Positions 49,145 through 57,822 of a DNA stretch of 64,000 nt are shown in pieces; position 1 is the stretch's first letter, and each line of letters begins with the position of its first letter. A program made the translations under genes and the position numbers. The stretch is from positions 256,001 through 320,000 of the forward strand of contig CM000432.1 of assembly GCA_000165345.1 (NCBI GenBank), written 5' to 3'. The notes beneath the pieces were generated by a model. That model saw only the letters and a program-made list of their open reading frames with translations, searched no databases and was not told the origin of the DNA.

Positions 49145-50482
49145 ATGGGAAATTCACATGGTGTACTTGGGGAGGGGGGGATGAAAAATAATAGGAAGTC
49201 AAAGAACAATGGTAAAGATGAGAAAAAGAAATTAGAATCCGCCCCACCTCCAATGGAAATGAAAAGGAAAAGAAAGCAAAAAGGCCCACCACAATATGCT
49301 AGATTGCCGGCAGTAGTTCCAAATGCCAAATGTAGACTAAGATTATTAAAGTATGAGAGAATTAAAGACTATTTAATGATGGAACAAGAATTTATTACAA
49401 GTATGGAAAGTGTAAAGCCATCAGCAGAGACAGCAGAAGAAGAACACAATAAAGTGGATGATTTAAGAGGGTCACCAATGAATATTGGAACTTTAGAGGA
49501 AATTATAGATGAGAATCATGCAATAGTTTCATCATCAGTAGGGTCTGAGTATTATGTAAATATTTTATCGTTTGTAGACAAGAACCAACTTGAACCTGGA
49601 AGTTCAGTATTATTACATAATAAAGTATATTCTGTTGTTGGAATAATGAATGATGAGGTGGATCCTTTAGTTTCTGTAATGAAAGTTGATAAAGCTCCTT
49701 TGGAAAGCTATGCAGATATTGGTGGTTTAGAACAGCAGATCCAAGAAATAAAGGAGGCTGTAGAAATTCCTTTAACACATCCTGAATTATATGATGACAT
49801 TGGTATTAAACCTCCAAAAGGAGTAATTTTGTATGGTCCTCCAGGAACTGGTAAAACTCTTTTAGCTAAAGCTGTTGCAAATGAAACTTCAGCAACCTTT
49901 TTAAGGGTAGTTGGAAGTGAACTAATTCAAAAGTATTTAGGAGATGGACCAAAACTTGTACGTGAGTTATTCAGAGTTGCTGAGGAAAATGCTCCAAGTA
50001 TTGTTTTTATTGATGAAATTGATGCTGTTGGTACTAAGAGACATGACTCTCAAAGTGGAGGTGAGAGAGATATTCAAAGAACTATGCTTGAATTACTTAA
50101 TCAATTGGATGGATTTGAGGCAAGAGGGGATGTTAAAGTTATTATGGCAACTAATAAAATTGAAAGTCTAGATCCAGCTCTTATTAGACCTGGAAGAATT
50201 GATAGAAAGATTGAACTTCCCAATCCAGACTGTAAAACTAAAAGAAGAATCTTTCAAATTCACACAAGCAAAATGACTCTATCTGATGATGTTGACTTGG
50301 AGGAATTTATTATGGCAAAAGATGATATTAGTGGGGCAGATATTAAAGCAATTTGTACCGAAGCTGGTCTTCTGGCTCTTAGAGAAAGAAGGATGAGAGT
50401 TACACAAGAAGATCTCAGGAAAGCTAAAGAAAAGGCTTTATATAGAAAGAAGGGTGGAATACCTGAAGGCTTATATCTCTAG
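49145..50482 (+). CDS. RPT2: 26S proteasome regulatory subunit 4 (RPT2/PSMC1)
   Basis: N-terminal MGNSHG (Gly2 myristoylation context, as in MGQSQS of PSMC1). [97 protein letters not shown]-terminal PEGLYL* is identical to human PSMC1. Confidence 0.95.
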   Translation: MGNSHGVLGEGGMKNNRKSKNNGKDEKKKLESAPPPMEMKRKRKQKGPPQYARLPAVVPNAKCRLRLLKYERIKDYLMMEQEFITSMESVKPSAETAEEEHNKVDDLRGSPMNIGTLEEIIDENHAIVSSSVGSEYYVNILSFVDKNQLEPGSSVLLHNKVYSVVGIMNDEVDPLVSVMKVDKAPLESYADIGGLEQQIQEIKEAVEIPLTHPELYDDIGIKPPKGVILYGPPGTGKTLLAKAVANETSATFLRVVGSELIQKYLGDGPKLVRELFRVAEENAPSIVFIDEIDAVGTKRHDSQSGGERDIQRTMLELLNQLDGFEARGDVKVIMATNKIESLDPALIRPGRIDRKIELPNPDCKTKRRIFQIHTSKMTLSDDVDLEEFIMAKDDISGADIKAICTEAGLLALRERRMRVTQEDLRKAKEKALYRKKGGIPEGLYL

Positions 50483-50500
50483 GCAACTTTTTCATAGACA

Positions 50501-50514
50501 TTTTCCCGCCTTTG
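50501..50514. promoter_or_regulatory. Canonical E2F consensus TTTTCCCGCCTTTG in a 3' convergent intergenic region
   Basis: Matches TTTSSCGC. Located 20 bp after the RPT2 stop. A second site GTTTTGGCGCCAAC is at 50866-50879. Both lie between the 3' ends of two convergent genes, which is unusual placement. Confidence 0.35.
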
Positions 50515-50913
50515 TCACTTCTAACTTTTATTATCAATTTAAGTAAAATAATGAATCGGGATATGTAACAATGAATAAGTAGGTCTAATATATATCTGTT
50601 AGTTTTATTTTGAGAAAGGATATATTTGTAGAATTTTTATTTTCTATTAAAATCTCTGGAAATTTTATTGGAATATGATTTTGTCTTAGTATAGTCACTC
50701 TAACTATTTCTCCCTCCTCACGCTTAAACAAGCATGAATTATATACTTAAAATAATTGTAATGAAGTGACGATAATAAGTAAATTCCCCTAACTTAAGAT
50801 GCCAGTTTTGATTCTAATCATTTTATTTGCACGAGTGTGTGGGGCCAGTGGAAATGAAAACGCATGTTTTGGCGCCAACTGATATTTTATTTTATTCTAA
50901 TATTGCATTTTAA

Positions 50914-51246
50914 TTAAGTCAGCTTGGTAAATTTTTTTCTGGAAAATTTACTAAAAATATCACCAAATAAATTATAAGCTCTGTAGTTAGGATCTTTGTT
51001 TGCTCGTTTTTTATAAATCTTTGTATAATAGTAGTAACCTAATCCAGTAGAGAAGAATAAAAAAGAAAATAAGAGAAATCTGTTAAATAATTTAGAAACA
51101 TGCTTTTTTTTAATATTTTTACTTAATATTTGTGCCGATTTTATATCAATATTTTCAAGTATCTTATCTTTAAGTGTATCAATTGATTTATTGGAGAATA
51201 GCTCTTTTAAAAGAAGAGAAAAGCTTGTACTTATAAAAGCGCTCAT
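50914..51246 (-). CDS. Hypothetical small tail-anchored membrane protein (110 aa)
   Basis: Real ATG. Single hydrophobic segment FLLFSFLFFSTGLGYYYY near the C-terminus with a basic tail. Confidence 0.4.
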   Translation of the reverse strand: MSAFISTSFSLLLKELFSNKSIDTLKDKILENIDIKSAQILSKNIKKKHVSKLFNRFLLFSFLFFSTGLGYYYYTKIYKKRANKDPNYRAYNLFGDIFSKFSRKKFTKLT

Positions 51247-51475
51247 ATTCTTAACTTTTTTATATAGAAATTGTTCTTAAAAGTATAGCTTTCTTATAAC
51301 GAAATAAAAAGGTAAATTATTGACAGAATATTGTTACTCTTTCTACAGACTTTTCTTTTTTTATATTCTGAATAATCTTACTTCCTTATATCCTCTTTTT
51401 TTAATCTACAAATCCAATCCTTCAAAAGTTTAAATAATAATATAACAATTTATTAAATGAAAAAAAAATTCATGC

Positions 51476-51495
51476 AGAGTTTGGCGGGCTTTTCC
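51476..51495. promoter_or_regulatory. E2F-like site AGAGTTTGGCGGGCTTTTCC
   Basis: Divergent promoter between the 51246 (-) start and the 51629 (+) start. Confidence 0.45.
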
Positions 51496-51628
51496 AAATA
51501 GTTATTAAAAAATTTGAAAAAGGTTTAATATTTTAATTATTCATTAAGATGAAAAATAACTAAATTTTTTTATTAAATAAAAATAATTAATTAATTAAAA
51601 TTAAGTAAACTGATTTTTGAGTTAAAAT

Positions 51629-52036
51629 ATGGCAAAATGCCGTGGGTTTAAGCCAGGAGGAGTTGACAACCCATATTATTATAATAAGAGAAAGATTGTC
51701 AAACAAGAAGGATCTACAATCAAGGAAAGACTTCAGAGATCAACAAGGCCAACATGGGAGGAATTAAGAAAAATGGCAAATAAAACATCAGAGGGATTCT
51801 GTAATATTGACGATAATACTATAAGAAATGATGAATATAAAAGAAAGCTCGACAGAACAAGAGAAGAAAAGCTATCATCAATGATGAATTACAATTCAAA
51901 TAATCAAAATAAATATTATAAAAATAATGATAACAATGAAAACAGTTGTAATTCTGGAAAATATAATAAAGTTTGTGTGGAAAAAAAAAGATCTCGTTCA
52001 TTTGATAGATCATCGCCAAATAATGATAATTTATAA
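51629..52036 (+). CDS. Hypothetical small basic Asn-rich protein (135 aa), possibly nuclear
   Basis: MAKCRGFKPGGVDNPYYYNKRKIVKQEGS...RSTRPTWEELRKMANK. The RPTWE motif faintly recalls the Cwc15 N-terminus, but this is not assignable. Its stop lies 21 bp from the UFD1 stop on the other strand. Confidence 0.4.
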   Translation: MAKCRGFKPGGVDNPYYYNKRKIVKQEGSTIKERLQRSTRPTWEELRKMANKTSEGFCNIDDNTIRNDEYKRKLDRTREEKLSSMMNYNSNNQNKYYKNNDNNENSCNSGKYNKVCVEKKRSRSFDRSSPNNDNL

Positions 52037-52057
52037 AGGATCCAGTCTGGTCTGATA

Positions 52058-53026
52058 TCATTTCTTAACAACACCAACAATTCCTGGAATTCTTCCGCTC
52101 TTAATTAGTTCCTGATATTTCTCGTTATATGTCCTAACACCTCCAGGTATTCTGTCAGTTTTCCATGGTTCAGGATTCGAATTATTTGTTTGACCACTTT
52201 TATTGCTATATAGACTACTACTGCTGTTAAGTTTTATGGGTTTGCCATCCAATCTTTCGCAGTGGCCAGAAAATATTGAGTCAGTATTACTCATTGAATA
52301 TTCTGAAGTAACAGATGCTGTCAAATTAGTATCAGTCATTGTTCTACTTTCACTCTTGTTATAATCTTCAACATAATCAGGCGGTGGCGCAAAATCGACT
52401 TGAATATCAGTTTCTATGATTGAAATTGCATTATTTGGCTTAGTTTCAAGAACATTTATCCTATATGAATTGTTATTGTAATGAATAGTTATAATATCAC
52501 CAACTGTTAAAGTTGCAAAGTTTCTCAAAGTTGTTTCCAAAACTGCCTTAGGATTAGATATATCCAAGAAATCCATTGATAAGGGCATAAACTTAACATA
52601 AGTACCTTTGCTTAATGATGTATTCATGATTGAAGTAATGTCTCCTTCTTGTAATTCAAGATTCTGCATCATCCAATAAGGCATATAGCATGTGCCTTCT
52701 TCAGCAACAAATTCCAAAACACCAGAATGCGTAAATTTATTCTTTGCAGGGTTGCTAATTTGGAACAACATTGGCCAAGTAATGTTTCTTCTAGCCAATT
52801 GATTTAAAGCTGATGGAGGTAGTAGTATTTTGTTTCCACCTTCAAGCTCATCTCTTCCTGCAAAACTTACTGGATAACAAGAGTATTCATTGATAAATAG
52901 ATTAGAACTTGAGCTTCTAAAGTTAGATCCACCCCTGTTAATTTGTTCAAAATCATCATGTATATTGTCATTTTCAAATCCTCCTGAGAAAAAATTACCA
53001 GATGTAAATCTACTAAAACCAAACAT
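52058..53026 (-). CDS. UFD1: Ubiquitin fusion degradation protein 1 (UFD1), Cdc48/p97 cofactor
   Basis: YSCYPVSFAGRDELEGGNKILLPPSALNQLARRNITWPMLFQISNPAKNKFTHSGVLEFVAEEGTCYMPYWMMQNLELQEGD...NPKAVLETTLRNFATLTVGDIITIHYNNNSYRINVLETKP is collinear with the UFD1 double-psi beta-barrel. The C-terminal FSGHCERLDGK resembles the SHP box FSGSGNRLDGK. Confidence 0.9.
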   Translation of the reverse strand: MFGFSRFTSGNFFSGGFENDNIHDDFEQINRGGSNFRSSSSNLFINEYSCYPVSFAGRDELEGGNKILLPPSALNQLARRNITWPMLFQISNPAKNKFTHSGVLEFVAEEGTCYMPYWMMQNLELQEGDITSIMNTSLSKGTYVKFMPLSMDFLDISNPKAVLETTLRNFATLTVGDIITIHYNNNSYRINVLETKPNNAISIIETDIQVDFAPPPDYVEDYNKSESRTMTDTNLTASVTSEYSMSNTDSIFSGHCERLDGKPIKLNSSSSLYSNKSGQTNNSNPEPWKTDRIPGGVRTYNEKYQELIKSGRIPGIVGVVKK

Positions 53027-53389
53027 TCTTCGATTTTTCTATAAATGACTTCTTACAATAAAGGCATAAGATTTCTTTAACTTGATAAAGAATATTTCAA
53101 ACAATAATAGTTTCTTGATTTCTTTTTATAGATTTTTTCAAATATATTATTAATATTTTATAACCCCCTTTCCCTACTTGGACGATTCAATCATTTAACT
53201 GATAAAAAGAAAATAGAAAAAAAGTAAAATTCCAGTTTCTGAATTAATTAATATCAAATTCCTTTATGAATTTACCGTAAAAAATGCAACAATTTATTCA
53301 GCTTGATATCTTTTCTTTCTAATAAATTATTATCATTCTTTATTCCCTAAATAAAGTTAAAACTCGTAAAAATAATACCATCTCTATCG

Positions 53390-53407
53390 TTAAGGCGGGA
53401 AAACCCC
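53390..53407. promoter_or_regulatory. E2F-like site TTAAGGCGGGAAAACCCC
   Basis: GGCGGGAAAA is the classic E2F core. It lies about 370 bp upstream of the UFD1 ATG. The adjacent TCTATACCGGCATTTC (53418-53433) is another ATACCGG motif copy. Confidence 0.5.
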
Positions 53408-53667
53408 ACATGTCATTCTATACCGGCATTTCTTGCAATACGTATATGTTCACATGCAATATAATATTTATGTGGAAAGAAATACAAAAGAACATAGTTT
53501 AGCAAATAAATCAAATAAAATTTATTATTAATATTTTCAACAAACTATTGTTTTTGTTTTTTTTAAATATTAATTAGTAAAAAAAATTAGTATAAAGATT
53601 TTTATCTATTTTAGAATTAACTTTTATATTATTTATATAATAAAAATAGTAATATTTACCAAATAAA

Positions 53668-55083
53668 TTAATCTGATTCGTCCATATTATCATCGTCATC
53701 ATCATTGTTGTTACTACTATTCAATTGATTGTGAATACTACCATTATTCAACATTATATTATTATAAATACTGCTTTGGTAAGTTTGATAAGCAAAATTA
53801 GTACTATCATTATTCATTTCAGTTTGGTATTCGTAGTTTTGTTGATCGTAGCCATTTTGGTAGTAACTCTGGCCATCATTATTAGAATAAAGACTTTCAT
53901 AATAATCACCATTTGGATTGTACTCACTGCTAGAATGTTCAATGACATTATTAGTTGCTTCTGTATTATAATTTACTTCATGGCCAAGTTCAATCATCAT
54001 TTTCTTAAATTCTTCTTCGACATTATTGTTAGGAACATATTGTTTGCAATCTTTTGTAATATGACCTTTGTCACCACAAATGCTACACTTAATATCAGGT
54101 CTTTTAAATGAATTGAGTGAATTAACGTCTGGACAGGCGTAAGTAGGATGTTGCGTAGAGCCGCAATGTAAGCACCCTTTTGTCAAAGTTATAGCAGTAT
54201 TTCCACTTGAAAATGTATTAATAAGGCTACTAGAGTTATTCAAATTTGTATTCAATGTACCATTGATAATAGCAAGTTGTTGCAATCCATCCCTCTTATA
54301 TTCTTCATGTAAAGGGTGAAAAGGATCCAAAAGCGGCTGAATCATACTTACAGCTTTATCCAGTTTGTATTGAGACTCTGCAGTAATATGAATGTGCATT
54401 GGCATCGCCAATTCTTCTTCAGTTTGATGATCACATTTTTTTCCTTCTTTAGTAGTTCCTTTTCCACGTATTGAAATCTGAGTGCCACTTTCTGCTTCTA
54501 GTCTTCTATGATTATATCCTCTTGGGCCTATAATTAAGCCCATAAAATTATAGTCAGGATACTTATCTAAAGGTATTATCAACTTTTTGGTCTTTTTTAA
54601 TGGTTTATAATCTTTTGGTACAACATAGCCTTCCACATTTTTTGACATATATTCTATTAAATTTGATAATTCTTCCTCCATATTCTTTCTTACTCTTACT
54701 TCCCTTGTATTTATTCTTGAGCCATTCTTATCGTAAATTGGAGGCGGACTAGGCTCTCTAATATCTGGACTACCATACTCTATTTCTCCCATTTGCAGTT
54801 TGTAAATTAATTCGTCCAATCTTTGCTCTCTTAAAAACTGATCAATTTCATAGTTACTCATTCCTGGAGGAAAGTCTGAGTAAGCTGGAGGGATATACTC
54901 TTTTTCATATACACTTTTCCATCTACTTGTAGATCCATCACTCACTTTTGACCATCTACTTTCTCTTTTAGATATATTATCATTACTAATCTCAGCAATT
55001 GATATCTGGCCTGGGTTATTACCTTTGAAATAGATATTATTACCACCAGTACTATTCCCAATGGGCGTAATATCCGCTTCCAT
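53668..55083 (-). CDS. SF1: Splicing factor 1 / branchpoint-binding protein (SF1/BBP): KH domain plus two CCHC zinc knuckles
   Basis: N-terminal RESRWSK. KH-QUA2 region LIIPLDKYPDYNFMGLIIGPRGYNHRRLEAESGTQISIRGKGTTKEGK. Two knuckles CLHCGSTQHPTYAC and CSICGDKGHITKDC. Confidence 0.9.
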   Translation of the reverse strand: MEADITPIGNSTGGNNIYFKGNNPGQISIAEISNDNISKRESRWSKVSDGSTSRWKSVYEKEYIPPAYSDFPPGMSNYEIDQFLREQRLDELIYKLQMGEIEYGSPDIREPSPPPIYDKNGSRINTREVRVRKNMEEELSNLIEYMSKNVEGYVVPKDYKPLKKTKKLIIPLDKYPDYNFMGLIIGPRGYNHRRLEAESGTQISIRGKGTTKEGKKCDHQTEEELAMPMHIHITAESQYKLDKAVSMIQPLLDPFHPLHEEYKRDGLQQLAIINGTLNTNLNNSSSLINTFSSGNTAITLTKGCLHCGSTQHPTYACPDVNSLNSFKRPDIKCSICGDKGHITKDCKQYVPNNNVEEEFKKMMIELGHEVNYNTEATNNVIEHSSSEYNPNGDYYESLYSNNDGQSYYQNGYDQQNYEYQTEMNNDSTNFAYQTYQSSIYNNIMLNNGSIHNQLNSSNNNDDDDDNMDESD

Positions 55084-55301
55084 TATAATAGTATTTGAAA
55101 TACTACTTATTTTAGTTAATGATCATAACAAGAAAATAATTATATAATTCCTTATTTTAATAAAAAGCTTTACTGTTTCAGGCCTCTGATTTTAAAAATT
55201 TGGTTATTTAATATTTAAAAAAAAAAATCAATTATTTAATTATATTTCTATTATAAATAAATCTTTTTGCACATTCTAATGTAAAATATTACTTATTTTT
55301 T

Positions 55302-55319
55302 TTTTTGGCGGGCAAATTT
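55302..55319. promoter_or_regulatory. E2F-like site TTTTTGGCGGGCAAATTT
   Basis: About 220 bp upstream of the SF1 ATG (55083). Confidence 0.45.
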
Positions 55320-55571
55320 GTGTCATATATTTGAAGCTTTTAGAAAGTACAGCAAAATATACATATTGATAATTTTTGTCCATCTCAAGGATTTATCTAA
55401 AGTAAAAGTATCGCAGTTGTGCAGAAAGCATAGATAATAGCTATTAGATTGATCTGGTTAGTATAAATTTTGAATCTAGTTACTCTTTCTAAATAATTTT
55501 TAAATTAATGTAATCTTTTCACTTAGAACTATGTTGTTAAAAGCGAGCTAGCTATACAAAATGAGTGATTC

Positions 55572-56363
55572 CTAGAGATTGGAGTTTTGTTTAAGAATTT
55601 TACTATAAATACTTTTATACTTTTCATTTTCATTTTTAGTATCGAGAATTTTCTTAACTTTCTTTACTTTATTAGTTGTACGATCTTCATCTGGAAGTGC
55701 TTTATCTCTTCTTCCATAGGATGCAGTTGATAAAGAAACTCTATCAAAGAGTTCCTTTACTTGGGTCTTACTTCTTTTAACGTTAGTATCTTTCAAGTTT
55801 CCAATACCTAATGCAAACTCATCAGATTTTTGGTTATTTATATTTTTAGAAGAATTCATTTTATTTTTTAACTCTCTAAGTCTCTGCTTATTAATCATCA
55901 TATCTCTCTTTAAGTTAATAGCTTCTCTTGGATCTTTGTTTTCATCCATATTACCCTTAATTTCAATAATAGCTTCATTATGTTTCTTTTGTATCTTCTT
56001 AATAGAGTTTCTACCCCATCTTGGAACAAAGTCATCAGTAATAGGATCATAAACCATTCTTGATCTTTTTCTCTTTTTAATACCTTTAAGTTCAGCAAAT
56101 TTTTCCCATCTAGTCTTTTCCTTTTTTGTTGGAAGAGGATAAGCTCTAGGAAGCAAAATTTCCTGGTTACTTGGGAGACTTACAACAGTTCCATCTTTTG
56201 TATTTTCCTTGCTGAGATCTGACCAAATTGAATTCAACATTAACTGCAAATTATTTGCCCCAGATTTATTTATTTCAGTTTCATTTATACTGCTAATATC
56301 AATTCCAATCAAATTACTAAGACATACTTCTAATGGAGATGTTTCCAGCTGTGCTCCCTCCAT
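55572..56363 (-). CDS. RRS1: Ribosome biogenesis regulatory protein RRS1
   Basis: LLPRAYPLPTKKEKTRWEKFAELKGIKKRKRSRMVYDPITDDFVPRWG matches the RRS1 signature (LPRekPlPk.K.lTKWEkFA..KGI...k...vyDe.tgeW.p.wG). Confidence 0.85.
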   Translation of the reverse strand: MEGAQLETSPLEVCLSNLIGIDISSINETEINKSGANNLQLMLNSIWSDLSKENTKDGTVVSLPSNQEILLPRAYPLPTKKEKTRWEKFAELKGIKKRKRSRMVYDPITDDFVPRWGRNSIKKIQKKHNEAIIEIKGNMDENKDPREAINLKRDMMINKQRLRELKNKMNSSKNINNQKSDEFALGIGNLKDTNVKRSKTQVKELFDRVSLSTASYGRRDKALPDEDRTTNKVKKVKKILDTKNENEKYKSIYSKILKQNSNL

Positions 56364-56496
56364 TATAACTCCAGAATACTCTCTTCTTCAATTCTTATAG
56401 AAGGAATGAAAGCTTAATAATAACTTTATTTGAAAAAATAAAAATAAAATAAAAAGTTACTTTCAATTTGACATTTTGAATATAGAGATTAATTAA

Positions 56497-56528
56497 TTGG
56501 GCGCCACATGTTTGTTGCCGCCAATTTT
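56497..56528. promoter_or_regulatory. Paired E2F-like sites TTGGGCGCCACATGTTTGTTGCCGCCAATTTT
   Basis: About 135-165 bp upstream of the RRS1 ATG (56363). Confidence 0.45.
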
Positions 56529-56997
56529 TTTATATAGAATATATATTTTTGCATGTTTATGGCTAAATGGAACAAAAAGCAAAGCCAGAATTTACAATAA
56601 TATTTGCTAATGATATTAAATAATGCTTATAGAAAATAGTTTAATGCTCACGAAAATTTGGAGTCAATTGTTTATTTAAACTTTACTAGAATAGAGAAGA
56701 TAAATTCTAGATAGATGAAATATAGGAAATCTACTTTAAAAAGGTAAATAATGTTGAATTGGTTAATTGTTCAATTTTGAACCATTACATGTGAGAAATC
56801 CAAAATAAATCGATTTCAAGCACTAATTTATATTAGGCGATTAATAGAAGGAAAAAGAAACACTAAATTAATAATTAGAAAATTTACTACCTATTTAAGC
56901 TAATGAAACAGTGTTTGTAAGAATTGAATACATATTCATTTCTGTTATGATAAAAATATAGAAAAATATTATTGCATTTTTCTATATTTTCAATATC

Positions 56998-57381
56998 TTA
57001 ACACTTAGCCTTTTGGATCTTTCTATATCTAATGATAGCAACATTCTTCAAATCTGGACGGGATGAGATTTGATTTTTGATTGTCTTCTTTGCTTGTTTA
57101 AAATTATTGGAGAGATTTACCTTAGAAATGAGTTTCTTTGGGCATCTAATAGTACTTGATCCAGTGTTCTTCTTGGTTATCTTGGCATTCTTAACAAGCT
57201 TTCCATTGGAATTTGGAACTAAATCCATGCTAATTGATCTTCTTGCAGCAAGACCTGAGTACTTTAAGGTGTTCAAGTTCATTATGTTGAATGGTTCAGA
57301 GGTAAAAGTGAAGCCATTGTTCTTCTTAATGAAAGAAGTGTTTTTCTTAACACATTGCCATAAAAGTTCAGTTGAAAACAT
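56998..57381 (-). CDS. RPL28: 60S ribosomal protein L28e
   Basis: MFSTELLWQCVKKNTSFIKKNNG...TSEPFNIMNLNTLKYSGL...RPDLKNVAIIRYRKIQKA is collinear with human RPL28 ([43 protein letters not shown]...RPDLRMAAIRRASAILRS). Confidence 0.85.
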   Translation of the reverse strand: MFSTELLWQCVKKNTSFIKKNNGFTFTSEPFNIMNLNTLKYSGLAARRSISMDLVPNSNGKLVKNAKITKKNTGSSTIRCPKKLISKVNLSNNFKQAKKTIKNQISSRPDLKNVAIIRYRKIQKAKC

Positions 57382-57772
57382 TTTTAACTATTAAATATAA
57401 TATAATATTACAGATATTTATTCAGAAGAATGTGTTAAAAAATAAGGAAATACTTTTTTTTTTAACTTAATATGACCTTAATTGTTTTTTTAATTTTTTT
57501 TCCAGTGACAAGAAAAAAAGCTACTTTTAATCAATTAATTTTTTTATTTTTAATTAAATTATTTACTATTAATCTCAAATATTCAGCTAATTAATTTAAT
57601 ATAATACATTTATAAATTATAAATTATTACTAATACTAATACTTCAATATATTTCTACGTCTCAAGTCAATTCAAAACAATATTATTATAGTTTAATTAT
57701 TTACTTTTTTAAATTGGGTATAGAATGCAAACAAAATATATTAATAATTTATCGACCATTAATAATTACGTA

Positions 57773-57799
57773 AAAGGCGGCAAAAATGACCGCCAAAAG
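57773..57799. promoter_or_regulatory. Inverted E2F-like pair AAAGGCGGCAAAAATGACCGCCAAAAG
   Basis: About 390 bp upstream of the RPL28 ATG, and immediately 3' of the 57823 gene. Confidence 0.4.
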
Positions 57800-57822
57800 T
57801 TTAATTAATATTATTAAATTAG

